Below, piece by piece: positions 13,303 through 26,380 of a stretch of DNA of 64,000 bases. The stretch's first letter is position 1; each line of letters opens with the position of its first letter. The stretch spans positions 47,554,001 to 47,618,000 of the forward strand of contig NC_042997.1 in NCBI RefSeq assembly GCF_006345805.1, read 5' to 3'. The DNA is from Octopus sinensis. Its lineage: Eukaryota. The notes beneath the pieces were generated by a model. It was given only the letters and a program-made list of their open reading frames with translations. It was not told the origin of the DNA and made no database searches. The translations under genes and the position numbers were made by a program.

Positions 13303-13412
13303 ATCTTTTCTAGTATAGGCGCAAGGTTTGAAATTTTGGGGAGGGTGATAGTCGATTACATCGACCCCAGTGCTCAACTTCAACTTAATTTATCGACCCC
13401 GAAAGCATGAAG
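13303..13412 (-). mobile_element. SINE family B, 3' half (short-tail variant)
   Basis: Plus strand GTCGATTACATCGACCCCAGTG...TTAATTTATCGACCCCGAAAGCATGAAGG matches the reverse complement of the family B core. Confidence 0.8.
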
Positions 13413-13428
13413 GTATAATAATATTAAT

Positions 13429-13660
13429 AAATAATTTGTTTATTCGCCACAGGGGCTTACATAAAATTACATTAAGAGACATACAACAACATAAAAGGCA
13501 AAAACAGGACGGTACAATGGTTTTTACAACGTGTAAGCAGTGTATATAACGAGTAAAAATTAACCGATTTAAAACTCCCAATAGGGGAGGCGCATTAAGG
13601 ACCTCGTGAATAAACCCACAAAAGTCACGGGTGCCTGAACAACAGGGCAAAAGCCCTTCT
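13429..13660 (-). mobile_element. Probable LINE 3' end sharing its terminus with the long-tail SINE B variant
   Basis: Minus strand ends ATGTAAGCCCCTGTGGCGAATAAACAAATTATT. The SINE tail reads ATGTTTAGCCCCTTGTGGCCAATAAAGAAATAAG (reverse complement of about 38004-38037). Confidence 0.5.
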
Positions 13661-13669
13661 TTTGTTTAC

Positions 13670-14308
13670 AGGTGCATGCTCAGAATGAGAGCTTGGCCAA
13701 AGAAGAAAGAGTCTGTCTTTAACCCTTTCAATCATGTTCACCATACAGTACGAGGCAGTGGCTTTCATGGCTTCACATCTTAACTGATTCGAAGTGCTAT
13801 CATGTACATTGTTTTGTCTTAGTATAAAAGATGGGCCACAGCAAATATTCTGCTCACTACTACAGATTTGCTTGTCAGTTGTTTGACCTTAACCAGTTGA
13901 GCCTGTCTTTTAGTGGTTGAGGATATGTGCATCTCTGATCACAAGTATTGGGGGAGCATCATAGCCATATGCCGAGAAGAATTCTTTGGGATTTGGATAA
14001 TTCACCTCTGGAAACATGGGTGTTTCGTTCAACATCTTTAATCAAGCCTTATTGAGGAACCTTTTGAGCGGGATGGTCTACTCAACCTGAAGAAATTTCT
14101 AACTGGGCCCCACCTACGAGGTCATGTGCTGTTAATCTTGATATGAGAAAACTATGTCACGCACATATGTTTGTAATGCATGTGGCTGGGGTGTCCTTAT
14201 CTGACGGGTAGTCATGATGGGTATACTGGGCTTCGCATAATTTTACCCCAGTGTCACTTTGATGGCATGGACTGTTCTCTCACTCATTAATAATAATAAT
14301 AATAATAA

Positions 14309-14310
<2 letters not shown>
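13670..14310 (+). mobile_element. Dispersed repeat of about 640 bp ending in an (AAT)n tail (retroposon-like)
   Basis: GC-richer block terminating directly in (AAT)n. It resembles a sequence I recall as abundant in Octopus assemblies (unverified). Single copy here. Confidence 0.4.
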
Positions 14311-14348
<38 letters not shown>

Positions 14349-14398
14349 GAGGAGGAGGAAGAGGAGACGAAGAAGAAGAAGAAGAAGAAGAAGAAGAA

Positions 14399-14430
<32 letters not shown>

Positions 14431-14440
14431 AGAAGAAGAC
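14288..14440. repeat. Compound (AAT)n-(AAG)n-(GAG)n tract
   Basis: Direct reading. Confidence 0.95.
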
Positions 14441-15525
14441 TACCAAACAAATATGAAAATACGTTTGTTATTATCTCATTGAAATCACAGTGTTCTTGTC
14501 CACAGATGTAAAGAAAAAGCAACTAGAAAATGACCTATCACACATGGACACAATATATGACATTAGAAAAATGACCTTGACCTACGCACATGGAAACAAT
14601 ATATGCCAAACTATAGAAAATAGACATAACCAAAAAAAGTGGACATAAGAAATTCGAACATTAACAGCTTAATAATATTCTTATGAAAGTCATAATATTC
14701 TCATTAAACCATCAATTTTCATCTAATATTCATTTGGTTGAATGCTTACAGGACATGTTTATCCAAGGATGGTCTAATGTTAAGCAAAAATAGCTAAATT
14801 CAAAATGAATAATTTCTTTTTATTTATATAACACCTAATGTAATATCGATCAGCATAGTGTCTCCTAACTGCTTCCTCCGGCTGCTCTTTACAGTAGTTT
14901 GTTTTAAACCCAATTTAGCTCCGATCAATCTGACCTAGACAAATCGCAATTCAAACCATTACACTCTTTTCTGAACGAAACCGGTATCATCAAATCTCAC
15001 ATGGTGCAATAGAATAAGATGTGAGTTAAAGATTTGCTACTGTATAGCGACGGTATTTGGTTTATGGGGGAAAATTCTCACCTAGTACCCAACACTTGCC
15101 TAGCATACAACACTCACACACAGCTGTATGATTTTTGCATGCAGTGGTTCACCCCAGCTCATAGACAAAAACAGTGGCAAAGTAGCTAAACGTGGCTGAT
15201 GGTGACCAAAATGACTTAAATTGAATTTACTTGAGGCATTTTCATTCGATATTTGACGCACAGTATGGTATACCACGCTTCCCTTCTGCCACATGTTACG
15301 TGTGAACCACATGGTAAATAGAAGAGAGTGATGATATTCGTCTGGCGCAGCACTTCCGTAGTATAGGTAATACCGAACATATATCAAAATATTAGAAGAG
15401 ATCTGTGGGGATGTTTGTGATTTTGTACGTATATTCACAAAAATATTTACGTGATCAGACCTGGTTGGTCGTAAAACAAAAATGACTTTTTTTAAAGAAG
15501 ATACTCAGTGGATAAGATAAAGTAG

Positions 15526-16436
15526 AATTCTTAGTTACCAGAAAGAAAAAATTAGTCGATAGATTATATATTATTCAAAGAAGAATACAGTGTACATTCA
15601 AACACAAAAGAGATACCCGAAGAATAGGATATCTGACTCGCTAGAAAGAGCAGTTAAAACTCCAAGCCACCAATTGTTGTAATTCCGAAAGTGATTGGAA
15701 AATAAAAACTTTTACCTTAATCCTAGACCCTGTAAGGTTTCTGTAGACTTAATTACAGACTGAAATAAAATAATTTCAGTCTATACCTGATGCTGCTTTT
15801 TCGGTAGGTTCCCAAACGTACACTGTATTCTTCTTTGAATAATATATAGTCTATTGACTAATTTTTTCTTTCTCGCTAGACCACTGGTAACTAAGAATTT
15901 TTCGACTAATATTCTTGCTACCCTAAGATTTTAATTAATGATTAATTAAAATTTTTTGGCTAATTCTTGAAGAAAATCGGCAATTTATTATTTTAGTGCT
16001 GGTTGAGTTCCGCTTCTGCGCGGTAGATTCAAAAAAATATAACCTATAGACACGTGCCGGGTTATTTATCGCTCCGTGCCTATGTGTTCAGTCCTGGCAA
16101 CCTACTGAAGAAGCAGCATCAGGTATAGACTGAAATTATTTTATTTCAGTCTGTATTTAAGTCTACAGAAACCTTACAGTGTCTAGGATAAAGGTAAACG
16201 TTTTTATTTTCCGATCACTTTCGGAATTACAACAATTGGTGGCTTGGTGTCTTAACTGCTCTTTCTAGCGAGTCAGATATCCTATTCTTCGGGTATCTCT
16301 TTTGTGTTTGAATGTACACTGTATTCTTCTTTGAATAATATATAGTCTATTAACTAATTTATTCTTTCTTGCTAGACCACTGGTAACTAAGAATTTTTCG
16401 AGGAATATTCTTGCTACCCTAAGATTTTAATTAATG

Positions 16437-16440
<4 letters not shown>
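15526..16440. repeat. Inverted plus direct repeat structure (Penelope pseudo-LTR-like)
   Basis: Arm 15526-15810 is the reverse complement of 16099-16395 (few substitutions, one deletion of about 11 nt). Segment 15818-15944 is a direct repeat of 16314-16440 (127 bp). The structure ends at (TA)n. Confidence 0.85.
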
Positions 16441-16493
<53 letters not shown>

Positions 16494-16732
16494 GGGTAGA
16501 GAAAGGGTGAGTGTGGGAAGGAATGAAGAGGAAAAGAAATAGGATGAAGTCAAGTAATATACTAATAAGTTTTCTCTCTAAATATTTAAACGGCTTCATT
16601 TCTATCGTATGAATGTGCAACATAGAAATAAAATTTGTGAAAGTTGGTTATCCACAACTGTGTTGAAAATTGTACAAGTTAATATACTGTATAATAACTA
16701 TTTGCATCGGAAATAGCTTCCTTTCAACGAAT

Positions 16733-16957
16733 ATTAATTTACGCATCCAACGTAACTTGGATGAACTAATTAAACGCCTTTAGCTGCGGTAATCGTTCTA
16801 ACTATTCATCTCGTATAGTCGTTGATCGCAAGAGAGCACATATATTGGCAAAACGAAATTTACTCAACTTGCGTACGTTATGATTTCTCAAGATGATCAC
16901 CGCAGCTAACGGCGTTGAAAACTACACATTCAAGTTACGTCGGACGTGCAAATTAAT
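16733..16957. mobile_element. MITE-like element with imperfect terminal inverted repeats of about 67 bp
   Basis: ATTAATTTACGCATCCAACGTAACTTGGATG...AACGCCTTTAGCTGCGGTAATC (16733-16799) pairs with 16891-16957. Confidence 0.6.
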
Positions 16958-17219
16958 AATAAATATGTATTTTCATTAATATGTTAACAAAAATGAAAGC
17001 CATCTTTTAAAGTAAAAAAAAATTCATCCTAAATCATAAAATACTAATGGAAGACGTGGAGATATAGCTGTAACGAATTAAATTACTAAGCATTTGTTAT
17101 ACTGGATATAGCAATAGATGGCTAGTACTTAGCTGCAAAGCATATTAACGATGGCTATATTTGCATTTGTATTATACAGTTACTCATCAGAAATATACGC
17201 AATAGGAATATTAAAGTTT

Positions 17220-17500
17220 CAATGGCCCAGTGGTTAGGGCAGCGATCTTGCGGTCGGGGGATGGCAGTTTCGATTCCCAGACCGGGCGTTGCGTGTGTTT
17301 ATTGAGCCAAAACACCGGCAGGGGGTGGTGGCGACCTCTGTTTTACTCTTTCGCCCCAACTTTCACTCACTCTTTCTTCCTGTTGTTCGAGTGACGCTGC
17401 GATGGACTGGCGTCCTGTCCAGCCGGGGGGAACACATACGCCATAGAAACCGGGAAACCGGGCCCATGAGCCTGCCTAGGCTTGAAAAGCGCGAAGAAAG
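17220..17500 (+). mobile_element. SINE family C with V-domain-like 3' module
   Basis: Head and body are homologous to 561-750. They are followed by GCGATGGACTGGCGTCCTGTCCAG...AGAAACCGGG, which from recall resembles V-SINE sequence. Confidence 0.8.
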
Positions 17501-18188
17501 AAAGAAGTGCTTGACATATCAACTCAAACTTTAGTCCTTGAGTTACTGACGCAACTTGTTGATTATTTACGGAATACGTTTCCGTTTTTAGGTTCGGGTT
17601 CTATTGACACCGAAGACAAATTTGCCTTCCATCTCCCTGGAGTTATTAAGATAAACTATCAGTCAGCTACTATAATTAATGTTAACGAACACGCCTCTCC
17701 TTAAATTTCAGGTTTTGCCGCTAAAATATATATATATATATATATTATAAAGAAATTATTGAATTGGATTGTAACAAACACTTAATGGAACTTGAAAAAT
17801 TGATGGAATGATAAAGAGATGAAATACTATTCAAATAGAAAAACAATGACATTGAAATTAGTTGTGGATGAAATGTGAAAAGAAATCATTAAAACAGAAA
17901 AGTCTTATATAAATATTTGAAATATATTTTTAAATTGATAGATACTGTGTGATTACAGCTTAAAGATCAATTGTGTCAGAAGTTGTGAAAGTAATGAGCA
18001 GCATTTTTGGAGAGGCTGTGGAAGTTGGTATTGCAATATGTTAACGAAGCGCAACTGAAAATTTTCTTGCATTAAATGCATGCGGCATGGAACCGTAGTT
18101 TCGATATGTAGCCTCCGAAAATATATCATTGAAACCTCTCACTTATCAGACGTACCTCTATATCGTGCATGAAACATACATGCATACA

Positions 18189-18222
<34 letters not shown>

Positions 18223-18559
18223 ACTGTTTCGTGTATCTATTAATGAATATATATGAATGTTTGTATATATGCCTGTACGTGTGAGTGAGAGTGCGAGAGA
18301 GAGAGAGGGAGAGAATGGGGTGGTGCTGGAGAGTGTGTGTGTGTTTATCTGTATAGATATGTGTAAATAGAAAGGCTTTCTATTTTTATTCCAGGCAGGG
18401 ACAAAAAACAGTCGGTAAAAAGAAAAGACGAAAGGGTTTTACGTCCCCTAAATCAAAATGATTGCACCAGTGGGGATGCAAAAGGTTACTTGTTACAAAA
18501 CCCAACTGAAAACAGACTTGCTGCAAGTAAGAGCCACTACTATTCATTCAAAAAGTAAC

Positions 18560-18900
18560 AAAGCGCTCCTAATCTAGACGAGAAGAAATATTGCAGCCAA
18601 GACCTACCCTAGCATTACAGATACCAGAAATAATGATTTGGTCATCAATAGGAAAAAAGTACGACACATATTTCTGAAATTCTCAGAGTAGATAGATATG
18701 GAATGGCGTGAGGAGTTGGTGGATAACCCAAGAAGACAATCACATAACTCTAAGAAGAGAGTGACAAAACAGTCTAGTATTTCGGAGATCGATATTTAAT
18801 GGCAACTCATCCAGGTTATCAGCTACGTTATTCATGATCATAAAGAAAGCATCCTACTCTCATCTACCGGTTTGGTAAGTGAATAAGGAAGAAGAGAAAA
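18560..18900 (+). mobile_element. Highly degenerate RTE-like endonuclease remnant
   Basis: SIFNGNSSRLSAT resembles the ATFNGNPxxT motif of RTE AP-endonucleases. Many stops. Confidence 0.3.
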
Positions 18901-20025
18901 TAGAAACACAACTACAACAACAGTCCATATCAAATAGTTCATCTACACTACAGATACAACAACTATTTACGGTTTTATAATCTACTGCCGTCGCTGAATT
19001 GTAAAGCAGTCACTGGCACTAAACCGATCAACATTTGTGTGTGTGTGTGTGAAAGTGTGTGACAAACTAATTTAAAGTTGCCTCAGTGCTTTGAAACTCA
19101 CACAATATTCATAAAAATCTATGATGATTGAGATAACGCTTCGTTTCAGTTTGATCCAATGTTTTTTTCTTCTTTTTATATTTACACTTATAAATAATAA
19201 CTCCCAAATATAAACACAGATTTATCGTACAACGAAGACTTGCTGAAAGGAATTCTTGCAAACATTTTTTGAAGAAAAATAATGACAACATTCTATTATT
19301 TATTTCTATGCACTTATTTAATATTGCAGTTTTTTTGTTGTTATTATAGTATTTTCTTTACATAGAAGTATTGTTCCTCTCTGTGAAAGTTTTTCTTATA
19401 TATGTTTTATTTCATTTCTATTACGAATATTAATTCTTATTATTATTCGTCTATATATTGCCTGCGATCTTATTAAAGAAGGATAAAAGGATAAGAAAAA
19501 GAAAACTATTTTTTCTTTCTTTTTCTTACTCGGTAATTTACACATACAGATATATGCGTACACATAATAAAATAGTATTTAAACAATAGTTATGAATAGG
19601 AACCAAAATAATATATACATATGTTAGCATACCAGTAAAACATTTTGTCCAAAAATATCCGGAAATTGTTTGTCAATTAGCTGAGCACAGCGACACAATT
19701 ATGCTTCGTAGACTATTTTAAATCAACACTTCTGATATTAATAGAGTGTATGGCTGGAAAGTTGATATGTAATGTTTAAAACATAGCTACTTTTTTGATA
19801 CTTCAGAAATGCCAGTTTTATCCACAAAGCTTTTGTCAGACTGAATGTTTATATAGATTCGAGTGTGGGTTTATTCTTGGCATCTAAATATGTGGTTATC
19901 TATGTGTGAATGTATTTTCACTTGTATTTGTGGATTATTAGTAGATTTTCAGAAAACTTTTTTGCGTACATTTGTATCTTTGCTTGTGACTATAATACAG
20001 GATTGTGGCATTTGTGAAGGTTCCA

Positions 20026-20552
20026 CATAGGAGTTCCGTTGAAAATACATCCGAATTTTTCTTTTCCCACCAAAACTAGTGCCGCGTGAGTAAAATCTTT
20101 TGCATGAAGTCTTTCACGCCTGTAGGCCGCGTCAGTTCCCGATTGTTATGTCTTGAGTACGTCGGATTTTCGTTTTCATACAAGATTATCGAACGCATCG
20201 AACAAAGACCATACACCCATGTCTCATTAGCAGTGGTCATGCTCTTCATGAAAACAGGGCCGTGGTTCGTACAGTCCAGCATGTCCTAAGAAATGTTCAA
20301 ACGCAGTTGTTGCTGCTACTTCCCCAACACCTTCAGAACGAATTTCGCCGACACTCTCCGTATACACAAATTGTTCGTTAAAATGGAAAGCACTGATCTT
20401 GTACTTATTCCCATTTCGTGAGCGATTTCCTGTTACACGACCGACTTCCATAACTATTTGCCGAAACTTCTCAATTGTTTGCGCGTTATGGCTTCTAGAT
20501 GACTTGCCTATGTGTCTCTCTCTCTCTGTCTGTCTGGCTGTCTGTCTGTCTC

Positions 20553-20617
<65 letters not shown>

Positions 20618-20981
20618 TTCAACTGATATGCGTCCATGCTTGAAGCGGTTTTACCACCTGATCTGAGTTTTGTGCATGGTATCGTCGGCAAAGACCTGCT
20701 GAATCTTCTGTGGTGGTTTGAGCTTGTGTACCACCAAAATGTTTGACAAAACGTAATATCTCTACTTGATACGTTCGATGAAAACGAAATTCCGACGAAA
20801 GCAAACTACATGTCTGTACTCCAGGTGTAACAGCAGAGAACTAATACTGCCTACCGGCGCGAAAATTTTCACGCATAGTCAGGAAGAGTGGCGTCACTTT
20901 TTTCCGAACGACTTTTCCTACGCGGCATTACTTTCTGTGGGAAAAAATAAAATTGGATACTCTTTTAATGCACACCTAGTA
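20026..20981 (-). mobile_element. Degenerate mariner element interrupted by (CT)n/(CTGT)n
   Basis: Minus-strand remnants GKSSRSHNAQTIEKFRQIVME and TTANETWVYG (cf. ITGDETWVYG). The 5' terminus is TACTAGGTGTGCATTAAAAGAGTATCC (TA at 20980-20981). A microsatellite interrupts it at about 20517-20620. Confidence 0.7.
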
Positions 20982-21002
20982 CATTCAAAAGCGCATATGT
21001 AT

Positions 21003-21237
21003 CTCTTTTACTCTTTTAATCGTTTCAGTCATTTGAGTGTGGCCATGCTGGAGCACAGCCTTTAGTCAAGCAAACTGACCACACGGCTTCTTCTTTGTAA
21101 GCCTAGTACTTAATCTATCTGTCTCTTTTGCCAAACCGCTAAGTTACGAGGACGTAAACACACCACAATCGGTTGTCAAGCGATGTTGGGGGACAAACAG
21201 ACACACAAACGTATACACACACACAGGAACACACACA

Positions 21238-21300
<63 letters not shown>

Positions 21301-21460
21301 CGACGGGCTTCTTTCGGTCTCCGTCTACCAAATCCGCTCACAAGGCTTTGGTCGGCCCGAGGCTATAGCAAAAGACACTTGACCAAGTGGCCACGCAGTG
21401 TGACTGAATCCAGAACCATGTGGTTCGTAAGCAAGCTACTTACCACACAGCCATTCCTAC
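21003..21460 (-). mobile_element. Composite SINE family A, full length, with expanded internal (CA)n(TA)n
   Basis: Reverse complement of 1612-2011 and 61065-61480. Confidence 0.9.
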
Positions 21461-21497
<37 letters not shown>

Positions 21498-22164
21498 GAT
21501 ATATATGTATGTAATTTGTAATTTGTGCTTGTATGTATAAAGTACATACACATGCGGGTCTCTACAGATACGTGCCTGTCGTTATATTTTCATATTTATA
21601 GTGGAATATAAATTTTAATATATTTTGTTTAGTACACAATGTGTTTTCAGTTTCAGAGATACACTAATATTTTCATACGATCTGAGAATCATTCGACTAT
21701 ATGAGGTTTTTTGACATATTTTCCTGTTGATTTCTTATTTGTGAGGTGAATTTTCCGTTACATATTTTGGCTTGGAGACACCGTATAGCATCATGTAGCT
21801 TATGAACAATCACTATAGCTACAGTAATAGAATTCACGAGTTATAATGATCCTATATCTGCATTGCTACCATTTGTTACTCTGTTTCTAATATGTAACTC
21901 TGTTTCTATGCCACATCCATCTTTAGATTATTCAGGTAATCTAATTAATGTCTATGTTTGTGGTTCGCAGCAACAGAAAAGTTTACGTGTTAAAGATGTC
22001 ATATTCTTGAAAGTTTCTTCAAACTGATTAGAATATGATGTCTAGCGTCTAATTAGAAATAAGTTCGTGTTACAAAAGATGAGGGTCTTGATATGCATCA
22101 GCAATACACATTGCAGTTATATATAACTCATGAAAGTATCGCTAGAAAGCAATAAGCAAAGCAT

Positions 22165-22465
22165 GCATACATACACACATGAATACATACATACATACAT
22201 ACATACATACATAAATACATACATATATATGCATACATATATACATATATACATACATACATATATACATACATATATACATACATACATATATACATAC
22301 ATACATATATACATGCATACATACAGATATATGCATACATACATATATACATACATACATACATATATACATACATACATGTATACATATATACATACAT
22401 ACATACATGCATACATACATACATACATACATATATACATATATACATACATACATACAAGCATG
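22165..22465. repeat. (ATAC)n/(AT)n compound tract
   Basis: Direct reading. Confidence 0.9.
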
Positions 22466-23385
22466 CATAAGCACACGCACTCAACATAGATCGGAGCATA
22501 CTACCTCTCTGGCTTGGTTCGCAGTCCCGATAATAAATAATAATAGTAACAAAATGTTATTGATCTTTTAACACTTTCAAGCATCTTAAATCAAATTAAA
22601 TTAGTATTTCCTTACATAGGATTAGTGGTCAATAGAAATGGTATAAAAGCATCGGAGGTAGGATGACATATATTTCACTAGCAAGACAGGTGTCTGGGTG
22701 TATCTTAAGCAAGGCATCCAAAATTAACTACATTCTTTGGGGAGCAGAAATGAAGCGCTCTGATCACCATCCAATCTTATAGGCAATGTATAAAACAAAG
22801 GAACTCGCACACTAATTTCTTTTCATTTGCTTGCATTTATATAAAAGATATACACACAAACATGTGTGTGTGTCTTTGTGTGTGTGTGTGTGTTGTGTGT
22901 GTGTGTGTGTGTGTTTGACGTTACAGTTTCGAGAAATAGCACTCCATAACGAAGAAATAATTATTGATTCGGAAACAGCTTAGAGCACACTGTGTGACAT
23001 CTGAGTTCCTCGCCTCGTGCGAACTTTCACATTACAACATTTGAATGGAAAAACTTTATGTAGGAGGAAAAAAAAAAGCATAAGAAGGATAAAAACTTAA
23101 TGAAGGATAAGAAATACTGGTTATAAATGTTACTTTGCCTTCCCCTACGTTAGCAGCTATTCTAACATGGTATATGTGTAAGTATGAGTGTTTTTGTGTG
23201 TGTGTGTGTACATGATTTTCAGTCTCTGAATGTAGTTTACTTCGGCTTAATATACTTTTAGAAAATTGAATATTCCCATTTCAGTTTTTATTACTTTTGA
23301 TGCAAAAAGTGTGTTAAAAAATGTATTAGATAGTATTAAGCCAGATGCATCAGTTTTAGAACTTGAACACATTTATAAGTAGATA

Positions 23386-23585
23386 AAGGCGGTGAGCTGG
23401 CAGAAGCGTTAGCACGCCGGCCGAAATGCTTAGCGGTATTTCGTCCGTCTTACGTTATGAGTTCGACTTTGCCTTTCATCCTTTCGGAGTCGATAAATTA
23501 AGTACCAGTTGCCTTTTGGGTAGATCTAATCGACTGGCTCCCTCCACAAATATTTCGGGGCTTTGCCTAGAGTAGAAAAGAATTT
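23386..23585 (+). mobile_element. SINE family B, full length, short-tail variant
   Basis: AAGGCGGTGAGCTGGCAGAAGCGTTAGCACGCCGG head, Meta-like core and CCTAGAGTAGAAAAGAAT tail. Confidence 0.9.
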
Positions 23586-23591
23586 CATATT

Positions 23592-23728
23592 CCACCGAGG
23601 TCAATTTTGCCTTTTATCCTTTTGGGGTCGATAAAGTATGTTCCAGTTGCGTAATGAGATCTATTTAATCGACTGGCCCCGCCCTCCCGCCAAATTCCGG
23701 GCCTTGTGCCTAGAGTAAGAAAATAATA
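23592..23728 (+). mobile_element. SINE family B, 5'-truncated second copy in tandem
   Basis: CCGAGGTCAATTTTGCCTTTTATCCTTTTGGGGTCGATAAAG...CCTTGTGCCTAGAGTAAGAAAAT. Confidence 0.8.
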
Positions 23729-24341
23729 TTTATATGTGGAAAAGTTATGTATGCAGTGTAGATGTGAAGATTTGTCGTTTGCTTGTCTTTTTTAGGGTAT
23801 TTTTTTGTGTGTGTGGTGGTTGGGGCCTTATCGCAAAAGATTATACGAATTTCACTGAGAAGTAGAGTGAAATGCTGAGGTGAAATTTAATGGGCTGATT
23901 AGTTTTTCAACGTGATACTTAAATTTGGAGATTGCTGCTGCAGCTACAATAAATTCATGAACTGATCGCCCATGTGATTTGAAAAGATGTTAATATATTC
24001 AAGAACGCTCTTGGTAATGAAAATATGGTTGGATGGTGATATTTCAATTGATTCCGCAAAAGTCAACTTGGAAGCGAAGCAATCTTTCATAACGAAAATA
24101 TTTTCCTTCTGTACAAGTTGCACATGTCGCAAACAAGAATCATTCGACAAGAATTTGCAAAGTTGCCCCAATTATTGTTGTATTTTATGCGAATGACAAA
24201 ATGTGGGTAAGTAAAATACTACGTCCACAAAATTAACTCGAACGTACATCACCAATTTCTAGCAAATTAGGTTTTCCTGATCCCTAGATGCCTCGGGAAA
24301 TTTCTCTGATTTCTTTTCGTATTACGTTTGTAGTTACTGTA

Positions 24342-24681
24342 GGCGCATGGCTCAGTGGTTAGAGCGTCGAGCTTACGATCGTGAGGTTGTGAGCTCAAAT
24401 CCCGGACCGGGCTGCGTGTTGTGTTCTTGAGCAAGGCACTTTATTTCACGTTGCTCCAGTTCACTCAGCTGTAGAAATGAGTTGCGACGTCACAGGTGCC
24501 AAGCTGTATTGGCTGTTGCCTTTCCCTTGGATAACATTTGGTTGCGTGGAGAGGGGAGGCCGGTATGCATGGGCGACTGCTAGCCTTCCATAAACAACCT
24601 TGCCCGGACTTGTGTCTAGGAGGGTAACTTTCTAGGTGCAATCTTATGGTCAGTGTCGTGACCGAAGGGGGTCTTTACCCT
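24342..24681 (+). mobile_element. tRNA-derived SINE, family D, full length
   Basis: GGCGCATGGCTCAGTGGTTAGAGCG (A box), GAGCTCAAATCCC (B box) and a CORE/Deu-like GTGTTCTTGAGCAAGGCACTTTATTTCAC...CAGCTGTAGAAATGAGT. Related partial copies lie on the minus strand at 27740, 34560 and 40860. Confidence 0.85.
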
Positions 24682-25291
24682 GTAGTTACCAAAAATAATT
24701 TAAGCCGCTACATAAAACGCTATCTGGCGTTTGAGTACTTAAGAAATGGGTCTCGCCTAGTCAGTGAAGCTACTATGTAAGAAGGCGATTTTTCTAGTAT
24801 TTAAGATTCGGTAGGGTTGAAGTGGAACTGAATGATGTTGAGTAAGCTGATGCCTAAGTTTCAAAACTGGGATCAGTTCAATAGCGGAGACTATTCTGGC
24901 ACGAAGTGACCTAAAGGGCTGCCAGTGCAATATTCCAAAGTTTATTTCTTGGAGTTTAAACTAGAAAATATTGGAAATTGCTGAAAGCAGTAGGCATGGG
25001 GAAAAGTTTCGACAAAATATTTGTAATAAAGGGAAACATTACGAAAAACGCATGACTCAACGCAACAGAAAATTCAAACCATAAAAATTTTGAAACTATT
25101 GATAAATTTTAACCGCTCAGTTGCATAATACACACACATACGCACACACACACGCACGCACACACACACACAAACAAACAAACAATTCTGATCTGCATGA
25201 AAAATGCCACAAAATTATATCAGAGCAATGTAGCTTGTGGCCATTGCAATAAATTCTAACCAAATATAATAACAATCAATAAAAATATAAT

Positions 25292-25341
<50 letters not shown>

Positions 25342-25367
25342 CACTCATAAAAATACATATATATATA

Positions 25368-25423
<56 letters not shown>

Positions 25424-25489
25424 CCGCACTATGATATCTGAATAGCAGTTTCATTACCTAAGAAATGAACACTATGACTAGGTTTTGAA

Positions 25490-26380
25490 ACAACTGCTTG
25501 ACTATTCAGATGTCAATGTGATATATCTTGACATCATAAACGTCTTTAATAAGGTGCATTGGCATAGCTGGTAAAGTAGGAGAGTGGCTGTATGACATTT
25601 CTGATATAATTCAGGAAGTTGCAGCCAATGGCACCCTCTCTGAGGGTACCCGCAGGAAACTGTCTTGGGGTCATTACTATTTATATCAGAGCAATGTAGC
25701 CTATGGCCATTACACATGCCCGTGGTTACTCAGACAGCCACTATAACTAACTACGCCGATGATGCAAAAATATCATAGGTAATAAAGAATCCAGATGATG
25801 TCGCAAGCTTACAACGTGAACTGAATGCAATATACAAATGAGCTGAAGTAAGCAGCATGCAAATTAATCCTGGAAAATTTTAAGCCCTGCGCTATCGGCT
25901 CACATATGCACCGCAGCCTGTATATACCGGATTCAAAGGCACTGCAATCCCAGATATAGGCAGTAAGATATTTGGTGATCAGTATGCCTGCCTCATTTCA
26001 TATGCACATTGCATAGATGGCAGCAAAATGCAGACAACTGGGTGGGTGAATACTAGGTTCCTTCAAGACAAAATACGAAGATGGGATGCTGACCCTGTGG
26101 AGGACCTTTGATTCTCCGCCTGTTCGACTAATGCTCAAAAGTTATGGTTGTCACATACCTCTAAACTCACAATGGACCTTGAAAAGGTGGCCCAAACGTA
26201 CAGCTTTAAAAGGATTGTAATAGTGCAGCAAATGAGGTACAGAAAAAGACTGTCAAATCTATGACTTTACTCCTTGGAGAGGAGACACGACGGATATGTT
26301 ATAACCTACATGTGGAAAATTTTGGTGAGATCCAGTACCTAATTTCGGCATTAACTGTTATACATAAATGCACATTAGGT
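25490..26380 (+). mobile_element. Degenerate CR1-like LINE RT fragment
   Basis: Motif remnants IYLDIINVFNKVH, NYADDAKIS, INPGKFKALRY and LYSLERRH. Frameshifts and stops. The 3' part is homologous to 33760-34480. Confidence 0.75.

Noticed and set aside
15100-15438. 112-aa minus ORF
   Set aside because: No recognisable motif or splice sites. It may be old TE debris.
23944-24196. Overlapping cysteine-containing ORFs on both strands
   Set aside because: The cysteine spacing matches no domain I recognise, and there is no acceptor/donor pair.
24342-24415. tRNA-like sequence
   Set aside because: It is the head of a SINE and continues into core and tail; there is no proper acceptor stem, so it is not a tRNA gene.
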